Shown here piece by piece: positions 29,168 through 37,943 of a stretch of 64,000 bases of DNA. The DNA is from an uncultured Bacteroidota bacterium (GTDB lineage Bacteria > Bacteroidota > Bacteroidia > Flavobacteriales > Flavobacteriaceae), in assembly GCA_902635895.1 (NCBI GenBank), contig CACPPV010000003.1, positions 11,830-75,829 of the forward strand, in the 5' to 3' direction. The position numbers and the translations under genes were made by a program. How positions within the stretch are numbered: position 1 is the first letter of the stretch; the number at the start of each line of letters is the position of its first letter. The notes under the pieces are model-generated. The model saw nothing but the letters and a program-made list of their open reading frames with translations, did not search any database and was not told the DNA's origin.

Positions 29168-32100
29168 TTGAAAAAATTTAATAATAAAGAAAAAGAGTTT
29201 GCTCCCTCATCATGGGCAGTTAATAACAGTACAACAATGTATGTTGTTATGGCATTGGTTCTCTACCTTGGTATTGATGCATATTTTAATATGCCAAGAG
29301 AAGATTATCCCGAAATAAAAGAAAATATAGTATTTGTAAGTTCAATATATCCTGGTAATACAGCTGAAGATTTAGAAAAATTAATCACTGAGCCACTTGA
29401 AGATAAACTAAAGTCTGTAAACAATATTTTAGAAATCAAATCCTCATCCCAAGAGAATTTCTCATTGATTATTATAGAATTTGATGATGGAATTGGATAC
29501 ACTGAAGCTAAGCTAAAAGTTAAAGATGAAGTAGAAGCTGCAGTAGCCAGTGAAGATTGGCCAATGTTTAATAATGTAAAGGTTGATCCTAGTGTCTTCA
29601 ACATGACATTCACCGAAGAAATGCCAATATTAAACATTAATATTTCAGGTGATTACACAACTGAAAAGCTTAAAGAATATTCCGAAATTTTACAAAAAGA
29701 AATCGAAAGTTTAAGTGAAATTAAGAAAGTTGACATCAGAGGCGCTCTGGAGAAAGAAGTAGAAATAGCAGTTGATATATATAAAATGATGGCTTCTAAA
29801 GTTTCATTTTATGACATTATAAATTCTGTTCAAGCAGGAAACGTCTCTATTTCGGCTGGTAACCTTAAGGCAAATGAGGAAAGGAAAACCATCAGAATTA
29901 TTGGTGAGATAGATTCTCCACTAGAATTAGAAAATTTTGTTGTTAAATCGTCTTACAACAATTCTGTTTTTCTCAAGGACATAGCTGAAATTACTTTCAA
30001 AGAAAAAGAAACAACAACCTATGCAAGGGAAAACGGAAAATCAGTTGTAATGCTTGATGTAAAGAAAAGATCTGGTGAAAATATGATTGAGGCAGCTGAA
30101 AAAATACATTTGATTGTTGAAAGAATTCAAAAAAATATCTTTCCTAAAAATTTAGTTGTTTCCATCACCAACGATCAGTCTGAACTTACAGAAAATCAAG
30201 TTATTGATTTAGTCAATAGTATAATATTTGGGGTGGTACTTGTTGTTATTGTTCTCTTGTTTTTCCTAGGATTTAAAAATGCTTTGTTTGTTGGAATAGC
30301 TATTCCGATGTCAATGTTTATGTCCATTGCTATTCTTGGCGCCATGGGCAATACTTTGAATACCATGATATTATTTGGTCTAATTCTCGGACTAGGGATG
30401 CTGGTTGATAATGGAATTGTAGTTGTAGAAAATGTGTATAGACTGATGGAAAAAGAGGGAATGAACAGAATTGAAGCAACTAAAAAAGGAATTTCAGAAA
30501 TTGCATTTCCAATTATAATATCAACAGCTACAACAGTTGCTGCATTTATTCCTCTTGGTTTATGGCCCGGAAGAATTGGGAAGTTTATGATTTTTTTCCC
30601 AGTTACCTTATCGGTTGTATTATGTTCATCTTTAATTGTTGCAATATTTTTTAACTCAGTTCTTGTTTCCAACCTAATGAAAATTGAGGATACTAATATG
30701 CCTTTAAAAAGAATTATAAGACTAACATCAACATTAGGAATTTTTGGAGTTTTATTTTTAGTTCTTGGATTTACTGTTGAGGATTTGGAGTCCGCTCAAT
30801 TTTATAGGTTTTTAGGTTCCATTCAAATATTTGTAGCAATAAATTTTTGGATATATAGATTGGTTTTAAGAAAATTAGCAAATGATTTTCAATCTAAAGT
30901 TCTACCAATTCTTGACTCTTATTATGAAAAACTACTCAAAACAATTTTAATTGGAAAAAGACCATACCTTATAATACTATCAACCTTTATAAGCTTGATA
31001 GTTGCTTTTATGAGCTTTGGTAAATCTGTTTCCTCTCAAAGAACTAGCATCGAGTTTTTTCCCGATGAAGATCCTAGACAAATCATAGTTTATGTACAAT
31101 ATCCTGAAGGAACAGATATTTCTAAAACAAATCATATTGCAAAATTGATTGAATCTGACATTAATAAAATTATATACGATAAAAAATATTACGAAGAGTC
31201 TGGATACAATTTTATGGTACAAAATAATGTATCTCAAGTCGGAGAGGGCTCTGAAAATCCTGAAAAAGAATTAGGAGCTTTATCCGAGATGCCAAACAGG
31301 GCCAAAATCACAACATCGTTTAGAGATTTTAAATATAGAAGAGGTTTTAGCTCTAGAGATGTCAGAAAAGAAATTCAGGAGACTCTAAAAGATAAATACC
31401 CTGGAGTTTCAATCGCAGTAGAAAAAAACTCTTCTGGTCCTCCTGTTGGTTATCCGATCAATATCGAAATAACTGGAAAAGATTATACAACTTTAATTGA
31501 GAAAGCCGAAAAAATAACTGAATACATCAATACCAGAAATATTCCTGGCATTGAGGAGTTAAAAATTGATGTGAACAAATCAAGGGTTATTAATCTTGTA
31601 GATATTGATAGAGAGAAATCTGGTGAATTAGGGTTGAGCGTTGGACAAGTTGGACAGCAATTAAGAGCAGCACTTTTCGGGACCAAAGCTGGTATCTACA
31701 AAGAAAACGGAGAAGACTATGACATCAACATTCGTTTTAATAAAGACAATAGATACTCTGAAGATGTTTTATTTGATCAAAATTTAACTTTTAGAGATCC
31801 AAACAATGGGATGATCAAAGAAATTCCTATTTCTAGTGTTGCAAGTTCATCTAGATCAACCACTTTTAGTGAAATTAAGCACAAGGACTTCAAAAGAATT
31901 GTAACAATATATTCTGGCCTATCCTCTGGATATGTAGATGCTGGTGCGGTTGTAAATCAAATTGTAAATGAAATGAAGAATTTCAAGGGGGATATTAGCA
32001 TGATTGATATTGATTACACTGGACAAATCGAAGAACAAAACAAAAACCAAGAATTTTTATTGAAAGCTTTTTTAACAGGTCTGTTGTTAATTTTTCTATT

Positions 32101-32656
32101 ATTAATACTTCAATTTAATTCAATAAGTAAACCAACTATTATAATGATTGCTATCATTTTAAGTTTAATTGGAGTTTTCGGATACCTAGCTTTAACAGGA
32201 AATTCTTTTGTCATTTTAATGACAATGATGGGTATAATTGCCCTATCGGGAATTGTTGTAAACAATGGAGTTGTATTACTTGATTACTCTGTTATTTTAT
32301 TAAATAGAAAAAAACAAGACCAAGCCAATAAGGACAAAAAATTAATAGATTTAAAATATGAATCAATTGTCGAGTCTTGTAAATCAAGATTAAGACCAGT
32401 CTTATTAACAGCAATTACAACTATAGGTGGTTTAATTCCTCTAGCTGCTGGATTTAATATTAACTTCTATACTCTTTTTAGTGATTTAAATCCAAATATT
32501 TATTGGGGAGGCGATAATTTTGTTTTTTGGGGACCTTTAGCAGTCACTGTGATTTCAGGACTTGTAGTTGCTACGTTTTTAACTTTATTTGTTGTTCCAT
32601 CTTTGTTTATAATGATTGAAAAATTTAAATTGTGGATTGGTTTAAGATATAGATAA
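29168..32656 (+). CDS. Efflux RND transporter permease (AcrB/HAE1-like), unusually long at 1162 aa
   Basis: Typical TM4 motif GLGMLVDNGIVVVENV and its repeat-2 counterpart GIVVNNGVVLLDY; TTG start; extra hydrophobic insert at about 30677-30961. Confidence 0.93.
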   Translation: MKKFNNKEKEFAPSSWAVNNSTTMYVVMALVLYLGIDAYFNMPREDYPEIKENIVFVSSIYPGNTAEDLEKLITEPLEDKLKSVNNILEIKSSSQENFSLIIIEFDDGIGYTEAKLKVKDEVEAAVASEDWPMFNNVKVDPSVFNMTFTEEMPILNINISGDYTTEKLKEYSEILQKEIESLSEIKKVDIRGALEKEVEIAVDIYKMMASKVSFYDIINSVQAGNVSISAGNLKANEERKTIRIIGEIDSPLELENFVVKSSYNNSVFLKDIAEITFKEKETTTYARENGKSVVMLDVKKRSGENMIEAAEKIHLIVERIQKNIFPKNLVVSITNDQSELTENQVIDLVNSIIFGVVLVVIVLLFFLGFKNALFVGIAIPMSMFMSIAILGAMGNTLNTMILFGLILGLGMLVDNGIVVVENVYRLMEKEGMNRIEATKKGISEIAFPIIISTATTVAAFIPLGLWPGRIGKFMIFFPVTLSVVLCSSLIVAIFFNSVLVSNLMKIEDTNMPLKRIIRLTSTLGIFGVLFLVLGFTVEDLESAQFYRFLGSIQIFVAINFWIYRLVLRKLANDFQSKVLPILDSYYEKLLKTILIGKRPYLIILSTFISLIVAFMSFGKSVSSQRTSIEFFPDEDPRQIIVYVQYPEGTDISKTNHIAKLIESDINKIIYDKKYYEESGYNFMVQNNVSQVGEGSENPEKELGALSEMPNRAKITTSFRDFKYRRGFSSRDVRKEIQETLKDKYPGVSIAVEKNSSGPPVGYPINIEITGKDYTTLIEKAEKITEYINTRNIPGIEELKIDVNKSRVINLVDIDREKSGELGLSVGQVGQQLRAALFGTKAGIYKENGEDYDINIRFNKDNRYSEDVLFDQNLTFRDPNNGMIKEIPISSVASSSRSTTFSEIKHKDFKRIVTIYSGLSSGYVDAGAVVNQIVNEMKNFKGDISMIDIDYTGQIEEQNKNQEFLLKAFLTGLLLIFLLLILQFNSISKPTIIMIAIILSLIGVFGYLALTGNSFVILMTMMGIIALSGIVVNNGVVLLDYSVILLNRKKQDQANKDKKLIDLKYESIVESCKSRLRPVLLTAITTIGGLIPLAAGFNINFYTLFSDLNPNIYWGGDNFVFWGPLAVTVISGLVVATFLTLFVVPSLFIMIEKFKLWIGLRYR

Positions 32657-32689
32657 TATCTTCTTAAATTTACACCATAATAAATTAAA

Positions 32690-34441
32690 ATGTACAGAAC
32701 TCACAACTGTGGCGAGCTTAGATCCAAAGACAATAATATTGAAGTAACTCTTTCAGGTTGGGTTCAAAAATCCAGAAATAAAGGCTTCATGATATGGATC
32801 GACTTAAGAGATCGATATGGTGTTACTCAATTAATATTTGACGAAAAAAGAAGTTCTAAAGATCTTTTTGAAAAAGCCAAATCTCTTGGAAGAGAATTTG
32901 TGATTCAAGTTAAGGGAATAGTTATTGAAAGAGCTTCAATTAATCCTAATATTGATACAGGAGAAATAGAAATTTTAGTATCCGAGTTAACTATATTAAA
33001 CGAATCTATCACTCCTCCTTTTACTATAGAAGAAAACACTGACGGAGGAGAGGAACTTAGGATGAAATATAGGTATTTAGATATCAGAAGGACTTCAATA
33101 AAAGAAAAACTAATCTTCAGACATAAAGTAAGTTCTGAGATAAGAAATTATTTGAACAACTTAAACTTTGTTGATGTTGAAACTCCTTATTTAATAAAAT
33201 CTACACCTGAAGGAGCCAGGGATTTTGTGGTTCCATCTAGAATGAGCCAAGGTGAATTTTATGCCCTACCACAGTCTCCTCAAACATTTAAGCAATTATT
33301 AATGGTTGGGGGCATTGACCGCTATTATCAAATTGTAAAATGTTTTAGAGACGAGGACCTTAGAGCTGACAGACAACCAGAATTCACTCAAATTGACTGT
33401 GAAATGTCTTTTGTAAACCAAGAAGATGTTTTAACAACTTTTGAAGGTTTAATAAAACATTTGCTTAAAGAAATTAAAGGTATTTCTATAGATGAATTCC
33501 CAAGAATGACTTACGACCAGGCCATGTCTAAGTATGGCTGTGACAAGCCCGACATTAGGTTTGCAATGGAACTTATTGATTTAAATGACGTTTCAAAACA
33601 TAAAGATTTTAATGTTTTTAATTCTTCTGAACTTGTTATTGGAATTAGAATTGAAAAGGGGAATACATTAACTAGAAAACAGATTGACAACTACACAAAT
33701 TGGGTTAAAAGACCTCAAGTTGGTGCTAAAGGGTTAATCTATCTTAGATGTAATGATGATGGAACCTACAAGTCCTCAGTTGATAAGTTTTTTGATCAAG
33801 ATGACTTAAAAAAATGGGCTGATAAAACCAAAGCTGAAAGTGGAGACCTTGTATTTATTTTATCTGGAAAAATTGCAGAGGTTAGAGCTCAAATGAGTGC
33901 ATTAAGATTAGAAATTGCAGAAAATTTAGGGCTTAGAAATTCTGAAGAATTTGCTCCTTTGTGGGTTACAGATTTTCCACTACTAGAATGGGATAAAGAA
34001 TCTAAACAATTTCATGCAATGCACCACCCATTTACATCACCAAAAATTGACGAGTTAGATCTTCTAGAAAAATCTCCTGAAAAAGTCAAAGCTAACGCCT
34101 ATGACCTAGTGTTAAACGGAAATGAAATTGGTGGAGGGTCAATTAGAATACACGATAAAAAAATTCAATCACTAATGTTTAATCATTTAGGTTTTACTGA
34201 AAAAGAAGCCAGCCAGCAATTTGGCTTTCTAATGAATGCCTTCGAATATGGTGCTCCTCCTCATGGTGGTATAGCGCTTGGACTCGATAGATTAGTAGCG
34301 TTGTTAGATGGTCAGGAAAGCATTAAAGAATACATCGCCTTTCCAAAAAACAACAGCGGTAAAGATATTATGATCGATGCACCTTCCAAAATTGATGATT
34401 CTCAATTAAACGAATTGGGAATAAAACTCAACAAAAAATAA
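32690..34441 (+). CDS. aspS: Aspartate--tRNA ligase
   Basis: [40 protein letters not shown]; 583 aa. Confidence 0.96.
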   Translation: MYRTHNCGELRSKDNNIEVTLSGWVQKSRNKGFMIWIDLRDRYGVTQLIFDEKRSSKDLFEKAKSLGREFVIQVKGIVIERASINPNIDTGEIEILVSELTILNESITPPFTIEENTDGGEELRMKYRYLDIRRTSIKEKLIFRHKVSSEIRNYLNNLNFVDVETPYLIKSTPEGARDFVVPSRMSQGEFYALPQSPQTFKQLLMVGGIDRYYQIVKCFRDEDLRADRQPEFTQIDCEMSFVNQEDVLTTFEGLIKHLLKEIKGISIDEFPRMTYDQAMSKYGCDKPDIRFAMELIDLNDVSKHKDFNVFNSSELVIGIRIEKGNTLTRKQIDNYTNWVKRPQVGAKGLIYLRCNDDGTYKSSVDKFFDQDDLKKWADKTKAESGDLVFILSGKIAEVRAQMSALRLEIAENLGLRNSEEFAPLWVTDFPLLEWDKESKQFHAMHHPFTSPKIDELDLLEKSPEKVKANAYDLVLNGNEIGGGSIRIHDKKIQSLMFNHLGFTEKEASQQFGFLMNAFEYGAPPHGGIALGLDRLVALLDGQESIKEYIAFPKNNSGKDIMIDAPSKIDDSQLNELGIKLNKK

Positions 34442-34443
34442 AA

Positions 34444-34689
34444 ATGAAAAATCTAATTTCACTATTATTTTTTATTTCAATCTCTGGAATAATGGCTGGT
34501 ACTTACGTAGCTAATGATGACGAAGTTTTAGGTAATAAAATTATTGGTTTTAGTGTAGTTTTTTTAGTTTTTGTTTTCATGCCTATTTTTCTCTACAACA
34601 GATGGAAAGGAAAAAAATTAAGTGACTATACACTTAGTGAAGAAAACTTAAAAAAAATGAAGGCAAAATCCTCAAAATCAATTAAATAA
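34444..34689 (+). CDS. Small membrane protein, function unknown
   Basis: 81 aa, two hydrophobic helices and a Lys-rich tail; starts 3 nt after aspS. Confidence 0.5.
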   Translation: MKNLISLLFFISISGIMAGTYVANDDEVLGNKIIGFSVVFLVFVFMPIFLYNRWKGKKLSDYTLSEENLKKMKAKSSKSIK

Positions 34690-34733
34690 ATTAAATTTTT
34701 TCAATAAAATATCCTCACTTAATTATTAATGTA

Positions 34734-34741
34734 TACATTTG
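34734..34741 (+). promoter_or_regulatory. -7 box TACATTTG for the cold-shock protein gene
   Basis: Exact TAnnTTTG, 23 nt upstream of ATG 34765. Shares the 14-mer TATACATTTGCATT with the DtxR-operon promoter. Confidence 0.5.
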
Positions 34742-34764
34742 CATTCAAATAATTAAAATAATTA

Positions 34765-34962
34765 ATGACAGGTACAGTAAAATTTTTTAATGGATCCAAA
34801 GGTTATGGGTTCATTACCAACGACGAAACGAGCGAGGATATCTTCGTTCATGTAACTTCTTTAGACGGTGTAAAACTTAACGAAGGAGACAAAGTAGAAT
34901 ATTCTGAAGAAGAAGGAAGAAAAGGAAAAGTTGCAGCTAATGTTACACTAATAGAAGAATAA
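34765..34962 (+). CDS. Cold-shock domain protein (CspA family)
   Basis: GTVKFFNGSKGYGFI (RNP1) and IFVHVT (RNP2); 65 aa. Confidence 0.93.
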   Translation: MTGTVKFFNGSKGYGFITNDETSEDIFVHVTSLDGVKLNEGDKVEYSEEEGRKGKVAANVTLIEE

Positions 34963-34988
34963 TAAATATTTTATTTTATAACGATTAG

Positions 34989-35013
34989 ACCCTCAATTTA
35001 TTGAGGGTTTTTT
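34989..35013 (+). terminator. Rho-independent terminator after csp
   Basis: ACCCTCAA-TTTA-TTGAGGGT stem-loop followed by TTTTT; abuts the stop codon of the convergent tadA. Confidence 0.8.
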
Positions 35014-35461
35014 ATTTTATTTCTCTTTTCTTTTTAAAAAAGTCATCAATCAAAATTTTAGATTGCTTTGCCATTATCCCATCAATTACTTTAGTTTTTG
35101 GGTGAAGCTTAGTGTTCATTACTCTAAAACCCCTATGAGCATCACTTGCTCCGATAACTAATTTTGAAATTTGTGACCAATACAATGCTCCTGCACACAT
35201 TTGACATGGTTCAAGGGTGACATACATTGTACAATTTTTTAAATATTTTCCTCCAATATAATTAGCTGCTGAAGTTATACATTGCATTTCAGCATGTGCC
35301 GTAACATCATTTAATGTTTCAGTTAAATTATGTGCTCTGGCTATTATCTGATTATTACTAACTATTACTGCTCCAACAGGAACTTCGTCTTTTTGAAAAG
35401 CAATTTTTGCTTCGTCTAAAGCTCTTCTCATAAAGTAATTATCATCGTAAAGGTTGATCAT
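35012..35461 (-). CDS. tadA: tRNA adenosine(34) deaminase
   Basis: HAEMQCI and PCQMCAGAL zinc motifs; 149 aa. Confidence 0.9.
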   Translation of the reverse strand: MINLYDDNYFMRRALDEAKIAFQKDEVPVGAVIVSNNQIIARAHNLTETLNDVTAHAEMQCITSAANYIGGKYLKNCTMYVTLEPCQMCAGALYWSQISKLVIGASDAHRGFRVMNTKLHPKTKVIDGIMAKQSKILIDDFFKKKREIK

Positions 35462-36784
35462 TTAACTAATTTTATTATACCATTCTAAAGCATTGCCATC
35501 AGTTAAGCTTGCTACAAAACAACTAACATCAAGAAGTTGTTCGTATAACTCTCCGTCCTTATGAATGTAAGTTTCAGGAAGTGAAGCCAAAACTAAATCG
35601 TCTAAAGCACTAGTTTTATCTAATTGATTATTAACCGTTGCGTTTACAAAAACACTGAGTAATTTATGAATCACTTGATATCCTTTTAATTCTTTTTCAA
35701 TCACTTCTTTAGATTGATATACTTTTTTAACACTGATATCAATAATGTCCTTCATTTGAGCCTTAAATACACTTTCAGAAAGAAGAGTTTTTGAAAAGTC
35801 TCCATTTAATATTTTTTCTTCATTTGCTAAAAATATTTTTACAGTGTCGTTAATCAAAGTATTAACTGACAGAGCTCTTAAATATGCTACTCTGTCTGTT
35901 TTATGTTTTAATGAATTATACTTTTTAGTGTCAATACTATCTTTTACCAATCTTATTAAAAATTCTAATGCATACTCCTCAGAAATCCACCCTAAATTAA
36001 TCCCGTCTTCAAAGTCAATTAAAGTGTAACAAATATCATCGGCTGCTTCGACTAAAAATGCTAAAGGGTGTCGCATAAAAGAACCATCATTACTAACCAT
36101 TCCAAGCTCATTTGCTACCTCCTCAAAAAATGAATTTTGTGAGGCAAAGAATCCATATTTTTTATCTTTAATATGAGTTGATTTTTTTGAAAATACAGAT
36201 CTTCTAGGATATTTAGTAAAGGCGCCTAAAGTTGCATAGCTTAACCTTAAGCCTCCTTTAATTCCAGCTTTATTTTCAGAAAGAATTTTAAATCCATTAG
36301 CATTCCCCTCAAAATAACACAAATCTTTATATTGTTGATCGCTAAGATTTTCCTTAAACTTTTTACCATATCCATTTTTAAAAAAATCTCCAATTGCCAT
36401 TTCTCCACTATGTCCAAAAGGAGGATTTCCTATATCATGAGCTAAACTTGCAGCAGCAACTATAGCCCCAAAGTCATTACTTTGAAATCCATAAGTTTGT
36501 CTTAAATACGGATATTTTTCAATCAATTTTTTTCCAACAACTCTACCTAAACTTCTACCAACAACTGAAACTTCTAGACTATGAGTTAATCTAGTATGAA
36601 CAAAACTCGTTTTTGAAAATGGTATAACTTGGGTTTTATCTTGAAGTGATCTAAATGATGATGAAAAAATTATTCTATCATAATCAACCTCAAATCCGAT
36701 TCTTGTTTCGTCTTGTTCAACTCTTAGCCTCTTAAGAGTATCTCCTTGTCTTTTTAGAGATAATAATTTTTCCCAATTCATCAA
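35462..36784 (-). CDS. dgt: dGTP triphosphohydrolase-like HD-domain protein
   Basis: RLTHSLEVS and AHDIGNPPFGH HD motifs; 440 aa. Confidence 0.9.
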   Translation of the reverse strand: MMNWEKLLSLKRQGDTLKRLRVEQDETRIGFEVDYDRIIFSSSFRSLQDKTQVIPFSKTSFVHTRLTHSLEVSVVGRSLGRVVGKKLIEKYPYLRQTYGFQSNDFGAIVAAASLAHDIGNPPFGHSGEMAIGDFFKNGYGKKFKENLSDQQYKDLCYFEGNANGFKILSENKAGIKGGLRLSYATLGAFTKYPRRSVFSKKSTHIKDKKYGFFASQNSFFEEVANELGMVSNDGSFMRHPLAFLVEAADDICYTLIDFEDGINLGWISEEYALEFLIRLVKDSIDTKKYNSLKHKTDRVAYLRALSVNTLINDTVKIFLANEEKILNGDFSKTLLSESVFKAQMKDIIDISVKKVYQSKEVIEKELKGYQVIHKLLSVFVNATVNNQLDKTSALDDLVLASLPETYIHKDGELYEQLLDVSCFVASLTDGNALEWYNKIS

Positions 36785-36875
36785 TGCAATTTACTGAACA
36801 ATTTAATAACATAACAATTTCTTAACATTAGGATCAAAATAAGGTTTTAAAATTGCATCATAAATTATAACCAAA

Positions 36876-37865
36876 ATGAAAAAAATATTATTTACTCTAT
36901 TTTTACTATTTTCAATTAATGGATTATCTCAAGATGATCCAGCCGGAAAACCAAGCTTCAAAGTTTTTTGGAATTTTAAAAACGACTTCACAAAAGATGT
37001 AGAAAAAAACACAGCCTTTGAACTTAAAAGAGTTTATTTAGGTTACTCTTACAAGTTTGATGATAAAATATCTGGTAAAATAACCTATGACATAGGATCT
37101 AATTCAAGTGGAAGTGCTTACACTGCTTACGTTAAAGTAGCTCAACTAGATTGGAAAGTAAGTTCTAAGGTTAAGTTTAGTTTAGGTCTTATAGGAAATA
37201 AACAATTTAAAGGTCAAGAAAATTTGTGGGGTTATAGATATGTTTACAAATCCTTTCAAGATGAATACAAATTTGGAGCAAGTGCAGATTTAGGGTTTAA
37301 TTCTGAATTTAAGTTAAATTCTAAATTAACAATGAATGTATTCTTTTTAAATGGAGAAGGATATAAAAACGTGCAAGACAATGATGGTAATATTAGACAA
37401 GGTGTTAGTTTTTTCTATGATCTGCCAAAAGGATTCGAAACTAGAATTTATTTTGATTCTCATGATGCAAAAGATGCAAGTGCAATTACGAACTCTTCCT
37501 TTTTCCTAGGACACAAAGGAGACGGAGGAAGATTAGGGCTAGAATATAACAAACTTAATAATGCGAGAAACTATAAGTCATCCCAAGATGGTTATAACAG
37601 AGATGGGTTTTCTATTTATGGATCAAAAAAATTACCAAAAAATTACGAATTATTTGTTCGTTACGACCAAATAACCTCAAACATACTTAATGGAGAATCC
37701 AAAGCATGGAACTATAATAATGATGGTAGTCTTTTAATGTTTGGTACTCAATACCAAGCAACAAAAGGTGTTAAATTCAACATTAACTATAGATTATTTA
37801 CTCACGACAATTCAATAATAAACAACAAATCAATTCTGTCATTAAACGCAGAATTTAAAATTTAA
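36876..37865 (+). CDS. Outer-membrane beta-barrel porin, putatively phosphate-associated
   Basis: Signal peptide, alternating-strand pattern, C-terminal aromatic residue (...LNAEFKI); lies 3 nt upstream of the PiT gene. Confidence 0.65.
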   Translation: MKKILFTLFLLFSINGLSQDDPAGKPSFKVFWNFKNDFTKDVEKNTAFELKRVYLGYSYKFDDKISGKITYDIGSNSSGSAYTAYVKVAQLDWKVSSKVKFSLGLIGNKQFKGQENLWGYRYVYKSFQDEYKFGASADLGFNSEFKLNSKLTMNVFFLNGEGYKNVQDNDGNIRQGVSFFYDLPKGFETRIYFDSHDAKDASAITNSSFFLGHKGDGGRLGLEYNKLNNARNYKSSQDGYNRDGFSIYGSKKLPKNYELFVRYDQITSNILNGESKAWNYNNDGSLLMFGTQYQATKGVKFNINYRLFTHDNSIINNKSILSLNAEFKI

Positions 37866-37943
37866 CATATGAATATTCTTAACATTAATTTTACATCGTT
37901 TTTTCTAGATTTAACGTATTTTTCAAGTCAATTTAATAATGAC

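Noticed and set aside
29305-30672. Long antisense ORFs inside the RND permease gene (29305-29637, 30196-30672). Similar ones lie inside the PiT gene (37928-38356), the ZIP gene (23957-24232) and the NrdB gene (42140-42676).
   Set aside because: They sit opposite regions rich in hydrophobic codons, whose reverse complements rarely give stops. The sense-strand genes have unambiguous family motifs. The antisense products have no start context, promoter box or recognisable domain.
36786-36858. Distant inverted repeat TGCAATTT ... AAATTGCA in the dgt/porin divergent region, considered as a possible Pho-type operator pair.
   Set aside because: The arms are only 8 bp and about 55 nt apart in AT-rich DNA, with no resemblance to a known Pho box that I can verify. 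Too weak to report as a finding.
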